Assembly: GCF_033153115.1 (NCBI RefSeq) | Contig: NW_026889779.1 | Coordinates: forward strand, 21,390,001-21,454,000 | Source: Saccostrea echinata | Lineage: Eukaryota | Length of the DNA: 64,000 bases | Reading direction: 5' to 3' | In this document: positions 52,207-64,000 of the stretch, in pieces | How the letters are laid out: each line of letters opens with the position of its first letter | How positions within the stretch are numbered: the stretch's first letter is position 1 | The notes under the pieces: model-generated | Told to the model about the DNA's origin: nothing | The model's database searches: none | The model's input: the letters and a program-made list of their open reading frames with translations, nothing else | Program-made: the position numbers and the translations under genes

Positions 52207-54800
52207 TACATTTTCATTTTCATTGTTAAATTCTATAAATGATATAGATTATGATACAAAAAAAGAAGGTAGACTTTGGGTTAGCTTGTTTTAATTATTT
52301 ACAAATAAAAGTTTTTAATCGTGCAGGTTCCAGGCAATGCATGGGGGGGGGGGGCATAGTGCATGTAGTTTTAAATCAATTTCTTAGTTTAAGCATCCAT
52401 TTTAGTGTTATTAAGAAAGAAAAGAATTGCTTCCAGAATAAGGTAGTGAAAGCCATGGAAAACAATTCAAACTGGAAATTCAAAATATTTTTATACATGC
52501 AGTACGTATACCCAAAAACGTAACTAATGATGTCTAGCATCAAAGCAAAACTAGATTAACATACTGGATTCAATCTCTCTCACTCTTTCCCGGGGGGGGG
52601 GGGGGCTGTCTAAATCTGCGCAGTTTCTCTCAACTATCGCAGTTTTATGTGGTCATTATCTCACCTTTCGGCGCGCACAAGCGGCACTTACACGTCTATC
52701 ATCATGTAAATTATAAGAATTTACTGTCATACAGTAGTCTTCTGATATTTTCATAACTTTCATCATTTTTCACTGTTTTGAGACCTTTGTGGCAAGTGGA
52801 TTATTGTGTGAATTTCGACCCGTACATGTCTTATGCAATTGATCGAGGGAGTCTTGCATCAGACATCCAGGGGAATACACTCACTCACAAATCCTTGACT
52901 TGCAACGGCGATTTAGGATATATAATCAAGTGTTAAATGTGCTCTACATATATAAACTTCTTATCTTTTATAAGAAGCACTGAAATATTTTCATAGAAGT
53001 ATATAAAACAGTACAAATTTCCCACTAAGAACAATCTATGTCTTTAATTTTTCGCCGAGAACAACGAAGCACAATGCAGTCTATAAATAGATCGAGGTCT
53101 AGAGTGTGCGTGAAGAAGCACGCCCTCTGGTTGGAGCAAATAGTACGAGTTTCTTTAGAACAAGTCGTGTAAATCTTTTTCCCAGAATTCCAAATTACGC
53201 AAGCGCACTTGCAGTTTCATCCCACCGTAACTAGTCAGCCCGTCGGCTGACTAATAAAAGTTACCATTGATGGTCCTTCCTTTGGGTGTATGTACATGTT
53301 TTACCGGACCTCTTGAAAAAAATGAAAACTAATAAAACAAGCTTGGAACCCTTGTTTCTCTTTACAATAATAAGAACAATAGCTCTTTCTTTGATTCCAC
53401 ATTTTATTATAGAGATTCCTTTGCAGCTATAAAAAGTGCACCCATGTTTCGTCATCCATATGCAAATTTAACAAATCTTCTATTTTGTTAAAATATTTGT
53501 TTTTAAGTAGACCGTTAGCACATTTAATGCGTATTTTTCTCTTACGCAATTTTAAGAAAATAAGGCACATATCTGATAGAAATATTATTATATTCCTTTC
53601 CGTTGTCAGAATTCTATAAAATTTTATGACGATGAAATGCTTAGTGTTCTAGCAATGTCTTTGGATGTAAATCAGATATCATGTTGCACATTGCATAGAT
53701 AATTTTTGTGTCCCTACAAATTTCAATCGACCAGTTTGACTTTTATATTTTAACTCTCCTTTTTTACTTTTGAATTTCTGAATCAATCTGAAAACTATAC
53801 AGCGTTAAAGACTATTCTTTCAACATATAAAATTCATATCTTTAATATGAGTTCTTCGGCGATTTACCTAAGGAAGCACAGTTTTCACAACGCTCTCATT
53901 TTCATCTTCTTGGCAGAGATCATTTTAAACGGTTTTCAGCTCAGTGTAGTGAACATGCATACTTTAAAAGTGAATTTCTTTGCGAAGACAATAGGAATAA
54001 TCATGATCATGGAGTTTTCTGTGATTAGGAGCTCTTTAATTGAACGTTTTAACTGTGAAGAAATAAAATTAAATAGATCCACATTTACTAAGATATACTG
54101 TTTGTTGCATTATTTATTGAACGACCCTCGTAGACTTCTATATATACCTTCAAAGAATTAGACACCTTAAGCTTATTAAAAAAATCTTCCAACAGATTTT
54201 ATGCATGTTCAGATGTTAGTAAAATGTTCCAAAAAGCAACGAGAGGTATGTGGACCTGTTATTAATACGGGAGAAATTAAGTATATAAAGTGTAGTAATT
54301 AATCTTAGGTTTCCATGTTTCCATGGTAACTGGCTCAGTGATAAATAATTCCTGTACTTAAAATTGTCCATAATAAAACGTATTTTACATTGCGCATGTG
54401 TAGATTTGACCAGATTATATTACACACGTGTTTTCATTTAACCTGACCTGTCTAACAACTTCCTGGTAGAACAAACGGGCGGCCAGGAAGACGGAAACAG
54501 ATTGCAGTCCAAGCTGTCGTCTCTGTAGAGTCAAGGTCTAGAGAGCCGAACGTGGGGAACTGGTTCCTGCTTAGCGGGATCCCACTCGTATTGAACCAGG
54601 ACAGAATTAGCGTCAGCCCCTAGCTACTTGATCCTACTTGCGTTAGTATAAAATTTCCTACAGATGTCAAACACGTAATACAATGATATAATCTCCCCTT
54701 AAATTCAGAGGTCTGTGTGTCGTACAATGTGTCATATTCGGCCTTAATTCCTTCAGTTTCATTATCATAGATAAACATATGCATGACTTCCTATTGATTA

Positions 54801-55051
54801 CAGGCCCGTAGGAAGCATTTTCAGTTGGGGGAGGGGGGGTCACAACCAAACATTTTCAGTTTGTGGACACTACCAAAAATTCCTTGACAAGTAAAGAAAA
54901 AAAGGTCATCAGAAGTTATTATTGAGGGGGCACAAGCATATAGTAGCTACATAGTAGCTATGTTTTCTATAGTATTTTATATATCGGCAAAATTAGGGGG
55001 GGGGGGGGCACGGGCCCCTTCCCCACCCCCTCCCTGGTTCCTACAGCCATG
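54801..55051 (+). mobile_element. ~250-bp MITE, probable 5-bp TSD
   Basis: GATTA|CAGGCCCGTAGGAA ... TTCCTACAGCCATG|GATTT. A second copy is at 63593-63858. Confidence 0.75.
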
Positions 55052-55344
55052 GATTTAACTGGGCAATTGATCATTATGAAGATTCTAATTTCATAAATCT
55101 CTATGTTTTTCATGTTTTTATTTCATTTTAAAAAAATCTTATCGTAAAGAAATCATAGATATGCAGATTAAGAGAAATTATACAAACTCTGACTCTGTCT
55201 CTGCTTGTGTACATCCCGTTTTTTACAAACATACAAAGGTATTCTATCCATAGCTTCGGAGTTTAACAGGAAGAGGCCCAAGGGTCGCAACTCTTACCCG
55301 AGACTTATGGGTTGTGCTGTTCTTCTTCAGATTTCGATGAAGGT

Positions 55345-56240
55345 CTGCAATCACTTTTTGAATGAACTGTCTTACTATTGCACAAACTGGGATTTATGCA
55401 TTATTGTATATAAATCTAAGGTTTTAATTTTTAGAAATAAGGACAAAATCAAATCTAGCGAAAAATTATGGTTTATTGGTTATCATATTTTGGAAATTGT
55501 TGAACAATTTACATACTTGGGATTTTTTTTTTCCATTATAAGAATAAATTTGCAATGGCGGAAAAACAGCTGTCTGACCAGGGAAGAAAAGCATTGTTTG
55601 TGTTGAAGAAAAACCTAAGAGGTTTGTCTTTTAATAATGAAACTTTATTATCACTTTTTGATTGTTGTGTTGGAGGCATTGTTAATTTAGCATCAGAAAT
55701 CTGGGGAATTCACAAGGGTGACAATGTTGAAAAACTACATCTTGATTTTTGTAAGCAAATACTAGGAGTTCAAAAATCTACATGTAATGCAGCTGTTTAT
55801 TCTGAGTTAGGTAGACTTCCTCTGTTGTATAAAAGGATGTTTTCAGTGGTAAAATTTTGGAGTAATATATTAGCCAATGATAACTGTATATAATTTATTA
55901 GAAATTGTTATGAGAAAAATGTACATTAACTGCGAATTTCATGCACCAAAAACACAAAAAAAAAACCCAAAAAAAACTGGGCTTTTCAGGTGAAGAAATG
56001 CTTAAATGATCTTGATTTTAGTGAAGTTTGGGTTAAACAACAAATAAATACAGCTACCATAAGATCTATTAAACAAAGGATCTTGGATCAGGCTAAACAA
56101 GAAATATTTGATAAAATTGAAAGTTCGCAGAAATGTTCACTTCTTACTATAAATATCTACATGATGGGTTTTAACTACAGTATTATTTAAGAAAATCAAT
56201 TCCGGATAAGTTTCAAAAATGTATATCAAAGTTATCAAAG
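55345..56240 (+). mobile_element. Decayed RTE-X-type LINE ORF2 fragment
   Basis: KSKVLIFR..LEIVEQFTYLG, QGRKALFVL, EIWG..VEKLHLDFCKQILGV.KST.N.AVYSELGRLPL. Confidence 0.85.
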
Positions 56241-56964
56241 TATTTAAACAATAAAATGCTTTCTTTGGTTTGTTAGTACGGGAATTAATGTCGCAGCTCT
56301 CGCAGAAAAAAATACATAACCCGCGTAAGCGGTTAATACCCGTACTAACAAACAAAGAAAAACATTATAATTTTTATATTTATATCTGAATAAAAACATT
56401 CAAAGTAAAATTAAATATGTTAAATATTGTATTATAGATGTGTATGTAATGATATGCATAATTGATGGAACAGCAGTTGCTCAAGAAATCTATGCAGGTG
56501 GCTTGCTTAGTGGTGTTTACAAACTGATAAAGAAAATGGTTTTCATAAGAAATATAGGAAATAATACTCAGGGGATGTAAATATATCCTCACAACTTTTA
56601 GATATTAAAACTGTGAGATATATAATTTAAATTTTGATTTCTCACACATATTTTCACAACTTTAGCTTATCCGGGAGATTTTTACTTTTATCCGGGATCA
56701 TTCATCGTATATGTAACAACTAAAGCTAAATATACCTACATGTATGTATTATACAATTTTTGAAAGTCATTTAACCGCTGACTTTAATTACAGAAATTTC
56801 TCACCGCAATAACATAATGCATACTACATACTGTTAATTTGCCCGTCACATCAGCAGGATTTAAATACTATTTGTGTCCCAACGACTCATTAAAATTCAA
56901 TGGGTCACGGATATCGCTGCATATTTTATTATTCTTCATTGACACCATTACAAAACCAAATAAT

Positions 56965-57328
56965 TGTAAAGGGAGAGGAGAAAAATGCAGCGGACCAGAC
57001 CGGGATTCGAACCCGGGCCCCCTGAATCTCCAGTCAGGTGCTCTACCAACTGAGCTATCTGGCCACCGGCGATCGAACCCGTCTGACCGCCACGTTCCTC
57101 CCTCCTTAAAGGTCTTTGGCCCCCCCAAAGACTCCAACCCAGGCTCATCCCTGGCAGGCCTCTCACCGGTCACTTCCAGGGCATGGCACGGCACCAAATG
57201 TAACGGGAGAGGAGAAAAATGCAGCGGACCAGACCGGGATTCGAACCCGGGCCCCTTGAATCTCCAGTCAGGTGCTCTACCAACTGAGCTATCTAGCCAC
57301 CGGCGATCGAACCCGTCTGACCGCCACA
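56965..57328 (-). mobile_element. Complete TRIM (mini LTR retrotransposon) with tRNA-containing LTRs, Helenus-like
   Basis: 130-bp LTRs at 57199-57328 and 56965-57094 with 4 mismatches and TG...CA ends. PBS TGGTGCCGTG (57187-57196), PPT AAGGAGGGAGGAA (57095-57107), TSD TAAT. Confidence 0.93.
56992..57064 (-). ncRNA. tRNA-like Pol III cassette inside the 3' LTR (second copy at 57226-57298)
   Basis: Folds as GGCCAGA TA GCTC-AGTTGGTA-GAGC A CCTGA-CTGGAGAT-TCAGG GGGC CCGGG-TTCGAAT-CCCGG TCTGGTC C. The anticodon loop is 8 nt, and a T5 run follows. Confidence 0.75.
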
Positions 57329-60300
57329 TAATTTTAATTTTGTATCTGATGATATCAGATTTTGTATTTTGGTATATAAAACTTCAGTATTTTGTTGAGA
57401 TGATTGCACTTTCCATGTATATTTAAAAATTAATGTATCTTAAACTCAGTTTTGGTTTTCTAATAAAACAAGAATTTGGATCTTAAATTGTTATGAATTC
57501 TCTGTTTCTGAATCTTTAATCGGGACATTATGATTTGGCCTCATCATTGCATAGCGAAATCTTGTGCTGTTTGGAAGTATTAAATATTAATTATGATCAT
57601 AAAAAAAAACACTAGCTTTATAGAAAATTTCCATTTGCCTTTTCACTGAAAACTGGGCAAGGAAAGCGTTAAAAGAGGGTGTAGCATAGGGCATAATAGC
57701 TTTTAAAAAAATCAAATCAATATCAGAAAATTTAATTTAAAAGAATATCTATCGTGTTAGCTATGGTTATCACAAAAAAATATACACTTAAAATTAATAA
57801 CCTCTAATTTTTTTCTTATACTAGTAAATAATGTTTTTCAATAACCTGTATCAGCAATATCTTCTTTTGAGTAATATATCCTATAATCGGATTTCTGTAT
57901 AACAGGCTGCTTTAGTATTACTGTTTCATTATATAGCTTCATAATGAATACTATTTATACGGACAAATGGCCTATATTTGCCCTAACGACCTTTCGGTAC
58001 CAAAGCGAGTATTCTTGTTCAAGGTCAGTAGTTTTTCCGACCATTTGATCGCTTTATTGCCCCTTTGTCGTAACTTAAGTCGAATTCACCTTTGCTATAA
58101 GCTTATTTAGGTTTGAAGTTTTGTTTAAGGAGAATGTGAATCAGGTCAATACATAGCCAAGACTTACTGAATAAACCGATGCCTTACGTCCGTCCTTCTC
58201 ATTTACTTACGGTTTGATTTTTTTCGTTTGTTTTGAACATTTTTTTTTATTGACAATCAAAAAGGATCAGAAACAAGTGCTATCAACTTACTAGTTCCTC
58301 TCCTTGATGGTTTGACAATTAAAAGATTAAAATCTTTTCTTTCAGTCTTCTCTGCAAAGAGTATTTTAGAAGATCAGGGGATCTAAGGGCTACAACGCTC
58401 ACCCGATTCACCTTGGTCATTTGTTCTTCATATTTAATCGTTTCAAACATATTCTGCATTGTACTGGGAATGTTTGCATAAAAATATGGCTATAATTGTC
58501 TGAATAGTTCTTAATTGAGACGAACATTGACAACGACAGTGACGGCAGACAACTTACAATACTCATGAACCCTTGGCTGAGATGAGCTATAATAGGTAAT
58601 ACTAGTAATAGTCATGACATCAATGAATACCAGTTAGATAGAGAGAGAGAGAGAAAGAGATGATCAACGACTGGAACAATAGATGAGTTCAACCCCGGGG
58701 GTTGGGGTGGGAATGGGTTTCCTTATAAATGTGAATTTCTCAGTGATTTCTTTATAAATATCGAAATAAGATAACGTTTATCAGATTTCCTTTCTTGGAA
58801 TATACTTGTTACTGAGTACTTCAGAAATTCATTTAGCACTTTTTTACTGTCTCTCTTCAGCAAATCATCATCGCAAAATAATGAAAATATACCCTGAATT
58901 AAGACTGTATACGTATTTTGATAGAGTTTCCTTTTGTTTTATTTACTACTGTCAGCTTGTTATTTATTTAATTTAGCATACTAGTTATAATTTGTACCTT
59001 GTCACCAAAGATAAGATAATATGTTTTCTTTCTATGCAAAAGAAATATTGACAAACAATATAAACGCATGGGTATCTCCAACCTTTTCTATATAACTTGG
59101 ACATTTCTTTTTATGACTACAAAATAAAAAAACGTAAGATAATATAATTTTGATAATTTTTTCCATTGATCTTTCTGATGCGATAATACATTCCGCCACA
59201 GTTGAACGTGAAGTCTTGACCTTAAGACGGGTAATTTATATCCTAAGGCCATAGTCTTGATTTTTATGAAGTACCCCCTCCCACTCTAAGTCTTATATTT
59301 CGTTTAATTCAAATGTAATAAATATATACTTTGGAAAGGTATGGAATTTTTAAATAAATTCATCATAAAATTTTAATTTTTAAAAGTTTATGTAAGCAAA
59401 GACTGTTTCTCGATGTGTGCCACATGATTTTGTTTTCTAGATTAGCCACAGCGAGGAAATGTAATTTTAGAAAAATGGTCGCTCACACTCGAGATGTTCT
59501 TCCAGTCTGTGCAGTTGTTTTTAATCTTAAAGAAAAATAAAATTAAACACTTGAAAGAAAGAGTTGATCGTACCTTATGCTTTTAAGACTTAAATCATCA
59601 TTTCAGTCTCGGGAAAAAAACCCAATAACTCTAATTTTAAGATGTAAAACAACATTAAGCGTCTCTTGGATATAAAAAAAAATAAGTTTCTTGGGATAAG
59701 AAAAACTTTATTAAGTAGTGATATAGTCATTTTGCGTATATGTTCATGTGGATATTTAATTAGAGAAACTTAGTACAAGACTTGGTTGTTCTCTTTTGTC
59801 CTTCTTACAGCCAAATTTAAAAACTCGTATCTCATTTAAATAGAGAAATTAAGTAAACAAAAATGCAGTCCTAGCCTCATATGGTCCAAAACAATTGCGC
59901 GTTCATGAGGACCACTTTATTCAAGTATGAAAAATTGTTTCACGCTTATTAAAAGCGTGCTTGTCCAGCAGATTCAAAATGTTGTCACGTGTGGATTCAT
60001 GAAATCTTTGTTTACCAACATGCTCGCTTGGGAAGGTAAACTTTTAAAGATTCTGAACCATACTTTCAAAATATTTTTTTAAATAACGCATATATTGAAA
60101 CTGTATACGGATCACGGATATATCTGAAGCTATTTATAGATTTTTTTTTCTTTTTACTAGATGACCATATAATCTTTATCAATTTCAAAATAGACAAGTT
60201 CGTGAGTCCCTTGTGTACATCGCTGATGGCTATATGGAGTGCAAGTACATATGGACTAAATAACTGGGTCACATTATTATGTACTACTGGCTCTGTTGTG

Positions 60301-60409
60301 AAACACAAAGAGAAACTAACAGCTGGTACACTGTACACGACTACCCACGTCCAAATATTTTTCAATGTGCCATATACATGTATAGTAAAAGGATCATCTG
60401 TCATCAATT

Positions 60410-60707
60410 TCAAAACTACACTTGTTGTAATGTTGCTCAAAGCTACAATTGTTGAAATGTTGTTCAAAGCTACACTTGCTGAAATGTTGTTCAAAGCTAC
60501 ACTTGTTGTAATGTTATTCAAAGCTACACTTGCTGAAATGTTGTTCAAAGCTACACTTGTTGTAATGTTGTTCAAAGCTACACTAATTGAAATGTTGTTC
60601 AAAGCTACACTTGTTGTAATGTTGTTCAAAGCTACACTTGTTGAAATGTTGTTCAAAGCTACACTTGTTGAAATGTTTTTCAAACCTACACTTGTTGTAA
60701 TATTGTT
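60410..60707. repeat. 27-bp minisatellite, about 11 copies
   Basis: Unit TCAAAGCTACACTTGTTG(A/T)AATGTTGT. Confidence 0.95.
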
Positions 60708-60740
60708 GGTCAGGGTGTCCCCTCCATTTTTCGGATTTAA

Positions 60741-60945
60741 GAGGGCTGGGTGGTTGTGGCCATTTTTAGACTATATTGATCTCCTTTAGAAGAAGAGCTC
60801 CATATAAAGATATACAAAAATGATCAAATTTTAAAACTAAAATGTATGAAATTTTTGTTTGCCAAATGATAGTTGACAGCTTAAGATATCATATCTAAAA
60901 AATTAAAGTTATATCTGATGGTTAATTTGTTGACCCCCAGCCTCC
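60741..60945. mobile_element. Short Kolobok-type MITE
   Basis: TTAA|GAGGGCTGGGTGGT ... GACCCCCAGCCTCC|TTAA. Confidence 0.6.
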
Positions 60946-61688
60946 TTAAAAGATTCATATAAAAATCAGTAATTGTGGTTTGTATACATGATATGTTCTT
61001 TCATGAAATAGAAGAGCTAGATTTCCTGCAATTAAGTAACTTGCATTTGAAGACTTAATTCAAGTTTCATACAATATGATAAGTACATTATTGTAATCAC
61101 GAATGTTTTAAAATACACTATTATAAAGCTTACAACAGTGATTTCTATTGTACGATTTTGTAGATGTATACATTTACTAACAATACTATATAGACCATTT
61201 TGCTATAAATTCATGTTTATCATGTATGGATAATATCAACCACAAATAGTATGTTAAAATAAATACATATTTATCCAATAATGATTAACAGATTTCAAAA
61301 AAAAAAAAAAATGCTGGATTCAGTCATTTACTTAAACTACATTTTATCCCTAGTGGTTAGTTTAACTGTTTTCAAGTACACCGCGACTTTCAAATTAAGT
61401 TAAAGGTTTTATCTAGATGTAAACTAGTATAGACACTAGCCGGGTAGAATTAACCAGATTATCACACAATACTGAATTAATCCAGGCATTGCAATTCTTA
61501 ATGTAGGTAACCGTAATCCAGTATGGACGCACTGCGAGTTGACCCACATTTACTTGAATTAACGCGGGATTATCCTGGTATTGTGCCGTCCAGTCTTAAA
61601 TATCCTGAATACATTTATTTTTAAACATTAAAATGTTTCTATGATGTGTTTTAAGGTATATGACGGTTGCAACATTGCAGAAAAAAAT

Positions 61689-61746
61689 GCACGTGATCAA
61701 ATCTACCATAAAGCCCTTCGGGTTTATGGTAGATTTGATCACGTGC
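61689..61746. repeat. 58-bp palindrome with a CTTCGG centre
   Basis: GCACGTGATCAAATCTACCATAAAGCCC-TTC-GGGTTTATGGTAGATTTGATCACGTGC. Confidence 0.9.
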
Positions 61747-62265
61747 CAACCCTTATTTACATCCGGATAAAAGTTTTAAAATGATACCTTATTACTTATA
61801 TTTACATTTGTGACTGATTTAGTACAAATAGTTGGGTCCTTTAGTTTTAAACCCATAAATTGATTTATTTTTTTCAAACCTCAACGGTATAAATTGAATG
61901 TGTTGAACGCGTCAATCACTTCTGACGTCACAATGAAATTATGTAGATCAATCATTTATGGTCACATGACGAACCTGTTTTTACACAGGTGTAAAAACGA
62001 CTTGTTCAAATAGTGTCATTTAAGGGAAAACATTTGCAAATGTAAATATTATTTTTAAGATTTAATCTTTTCATGAATTATTAACATAAAGTAGCTCATG
62101 AGAAAAAAAATGCTTCCTGAAAAAGATTTGGAGGTAAAGTGCGTAAAAATCACACGATCGCACTTGAAAAGATGAAAGAGCCCCTTGTATAGTTCTTCCA
62201 TATTTGGAGACACTTCCATATTTGGAAGTTAGACGCATTTGCAGACGATTGTGCATACAGATATG

Positions 62266-62406
62266 NNNNNNNNNNNNNNNNNNNNNNNNNNNNNNNNNNN
62301 NNNNNNNNNNNNNNNNNNNNNNNNNNNNNNNNNNNNNNNNNNNNNNNNNNNNNNNNNNNNNNNNNNNNNNNNNNNNNNNNNNNNNNNNNNNNNNNNNNNN
62401 NNNNNN
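62266..62406. other. Assembly gap (141 N)
   Basis: Run of n characters. Confidence 1.
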
Positions 62407-62948
62407 ACACCGTTATTTAAAACACGTTCGCTAGCAATTTTAGAAAATGGTTCAAGGTACGTGTATATTCATTCACAACCAGCTTTGAATCATGATTAGA
62501 AGGTATATTAAGTGGATGTAAATAATCAGAATTATACAGAAATATGACCAATAGTTGACCTTATTGCTTCAGAAATAAGGGATCTGAGTATCGCACAACG
62601 TTCACAATTCAGTCTATAAATATAAATATATGTAGATTGCTATAGGTCAAGTTGTTATCGAATGATAACTGATAAGTCACGTCTTCTATCCTTTCAAAGC
62701 TTTCTGACAGTATTTTTTTCTTTCGCCATTAGGTCAAGAAAAAAAAATCAATATGTGAGGGCAAAATAACGCTAGTGAACGAGGGCCACAAGCGAGAACG
62801 CAATGCAAGGACGACAACATAAAGGAGTTAGAGCGACTAGAGGTAAACAACCATATATATTGATGCATTTGCGCACAGATGAGACTTCAGCGGGGAGTTT
62901 TGCAGCAAGGTGTACATCAAGTCATGTGCTCATACCATAAGCGTTAGC

Positions 62949-63241
62949 TTTGTTTGTTAAACGTCCCTTCGAGAATTTTTCACTCATATTTAGGCGCCAC
63001 TACTTGCCGGTGGAGGGCTGCAAATTTTGACCTGTATTCGGCACTTACGGCCTTTGAGCAATGAGGGACCTTTTTTCGAGCCAGCACCTACATGTACTGC
63101 GACACCTGGCCTCGGTTTGTACGGTGTCATATGAAGGACCGGTCTCCGACTCTGCGTCACACAGTGGATTCGAACGTAAGGGTCAACTCCTTACTCCGCG
63201 ACTCTAGATTAAACGCTCTTACCACTGCGCCATGCGGCGAC
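62949..63241 (-). mobile_element. tRNA-derived SINE, same family as 29843-30133
   Basis: The reverse complement shares the head, the GTAAGGAGTT..CCTTAC hairpin, the GGCCGTAAGTGCCGA core and the GGGACGTT tail. It is flanked by GTTAGC. Confidence 0.85.
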
Positions 63242-63592
63242 TGTTAGCCTGCTAACACAACCTCTATTTATAGAATATGACGCAAGACAAGGGAACCTGA
63301 TGAAAACCTTTCGCATGTTTCAAACTTGATAACACTGGAGAAAATACATTACCATAAACATTTACATGTATTAGTTGATTCCTCAATTTACCGTTTGATT
63401 AAGTCAACTGTGGTCCAGAGTAGGCACTATATTTTTTAGCGTAAATTTAATTTTGGTGGGGAAAAGTCAGCATATCCCATTGAACTCCGTGACAAAAGCT
63501 GATTATTGCTTTACGAGCAATGAGCCCAGCTAAAAATCTGTTTCAAGTTATTCAAAGTTGCTTTATGTACACATCTGTTGAAATTGGCTCAG

Positions 63593-63858
63593 GAGGCCCG
63601 TAGGAAGCAATTTCACTTTGAGGGGGCACGACCATACATTTTCAGTTGGGAGGGGGGGGCAGGGGGCACTATCAACTACCAAAATTCCTTCACAAGCAAA
63701 AAAAAAAAAAAAAAAAAAAAAGAAGATCATCAGAAGTTATCATTGAGGGGGCAGAAGCATATAGTAGCTATGTTTTTTATAGTATTCTATATATTGGCAA
63801 AATTATTGGGGGAGGGCACGCCCCCCCCCCCCCCGTGCCCCCGGTTCCTACAGCCACG
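63593..63858 (+). mobile_element. MITE, second copy of the 54801 family
   Basis: CTCAG|GAGGCCCGTAGGAA ... TTCCTACAGCCACG|CTCAG. Confidence 0.8.
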
Positions 63859-64000
63859 CTCAGTTATTTCATAGAAGCTTATTACGGACAACGCACTATG
63901 GACGACGAATAGCAATAGGTCACCTGAGTGACTAAAACAAATGAAAGTTGATAAATTCATGGGGCTTAAGCTTGCCAACTTCAGAAGTTGATAATTGTAA

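Noticed and set aside
56992-57298. Two tandem genuine tRNA genes
   Set aside because: The anticodon loop is 8 nt and the cassettes are embedded in LTRs with PBS, PPT and TSD, so they are TE components.
56839-57426. 195-aa and 153-aa ORFs with an internal duplication
   Set aside because: They are chance read-through of the GC-rich tRNA-LTR element, and the duplication is the two LTRs.
60066-60789. 205-aa and 195-aa ORFs as genes, or the repeat as a CRISPR array
   Set aside because: These are head-to-tail 27-bp repeats with no unique spacers, there are no cas genes, and the context is eukaryotic.
62150-62499. ORFs containing X runs
   Set aside because: They are artefacts of the N gap.

Overview
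AT-rich eukaryotic genomic DNA, most likely a bivalve (oyster-like) judged from the repeat families; this taxon call is an inference. There is one intact protein-coding gene: a spliced NR0B-type (DAX1/SHP-like) nuclear receptor that lacks a DNA-binding domain, join(16876..16882,17365..18513,19991..20232), about 465 aa. Its N-terminus carries LxxLL-type boxes and a PIDLSCK CtBP-binding motif. No other gene was recognised in the ~44 kb downstream, and the locus is rich in nuclear-receptor response elements (CAAGGTCA, DR1/HNF4-type, one perfect DR2). The first 14.4 kb is a nested TE stack: a decayed Gypsy LTR element split by an 8.76-kb mariner-ended element with no visible transposase and by a 498-bp MITE, then an L2 fragment and a self-nested hAT MITE holding a Helentron-type satellite element. 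Elsewhere are tRNA-derived SINEs, Penelope-like and RTE-X LINE fragments, a mariner relic, MITEs, long palindromes, a 27-bp minisatellite and a 141-N gap. The structurally clearest unusual element is a complete 364-bp mini LTR retrotransposon (56965..57328, minus strand). Each of its two 130-bp LTRs contains a full tRNA-like cloverleaf, and it has a tRNA-His PBS, a PPT and a 4-bp TSD.
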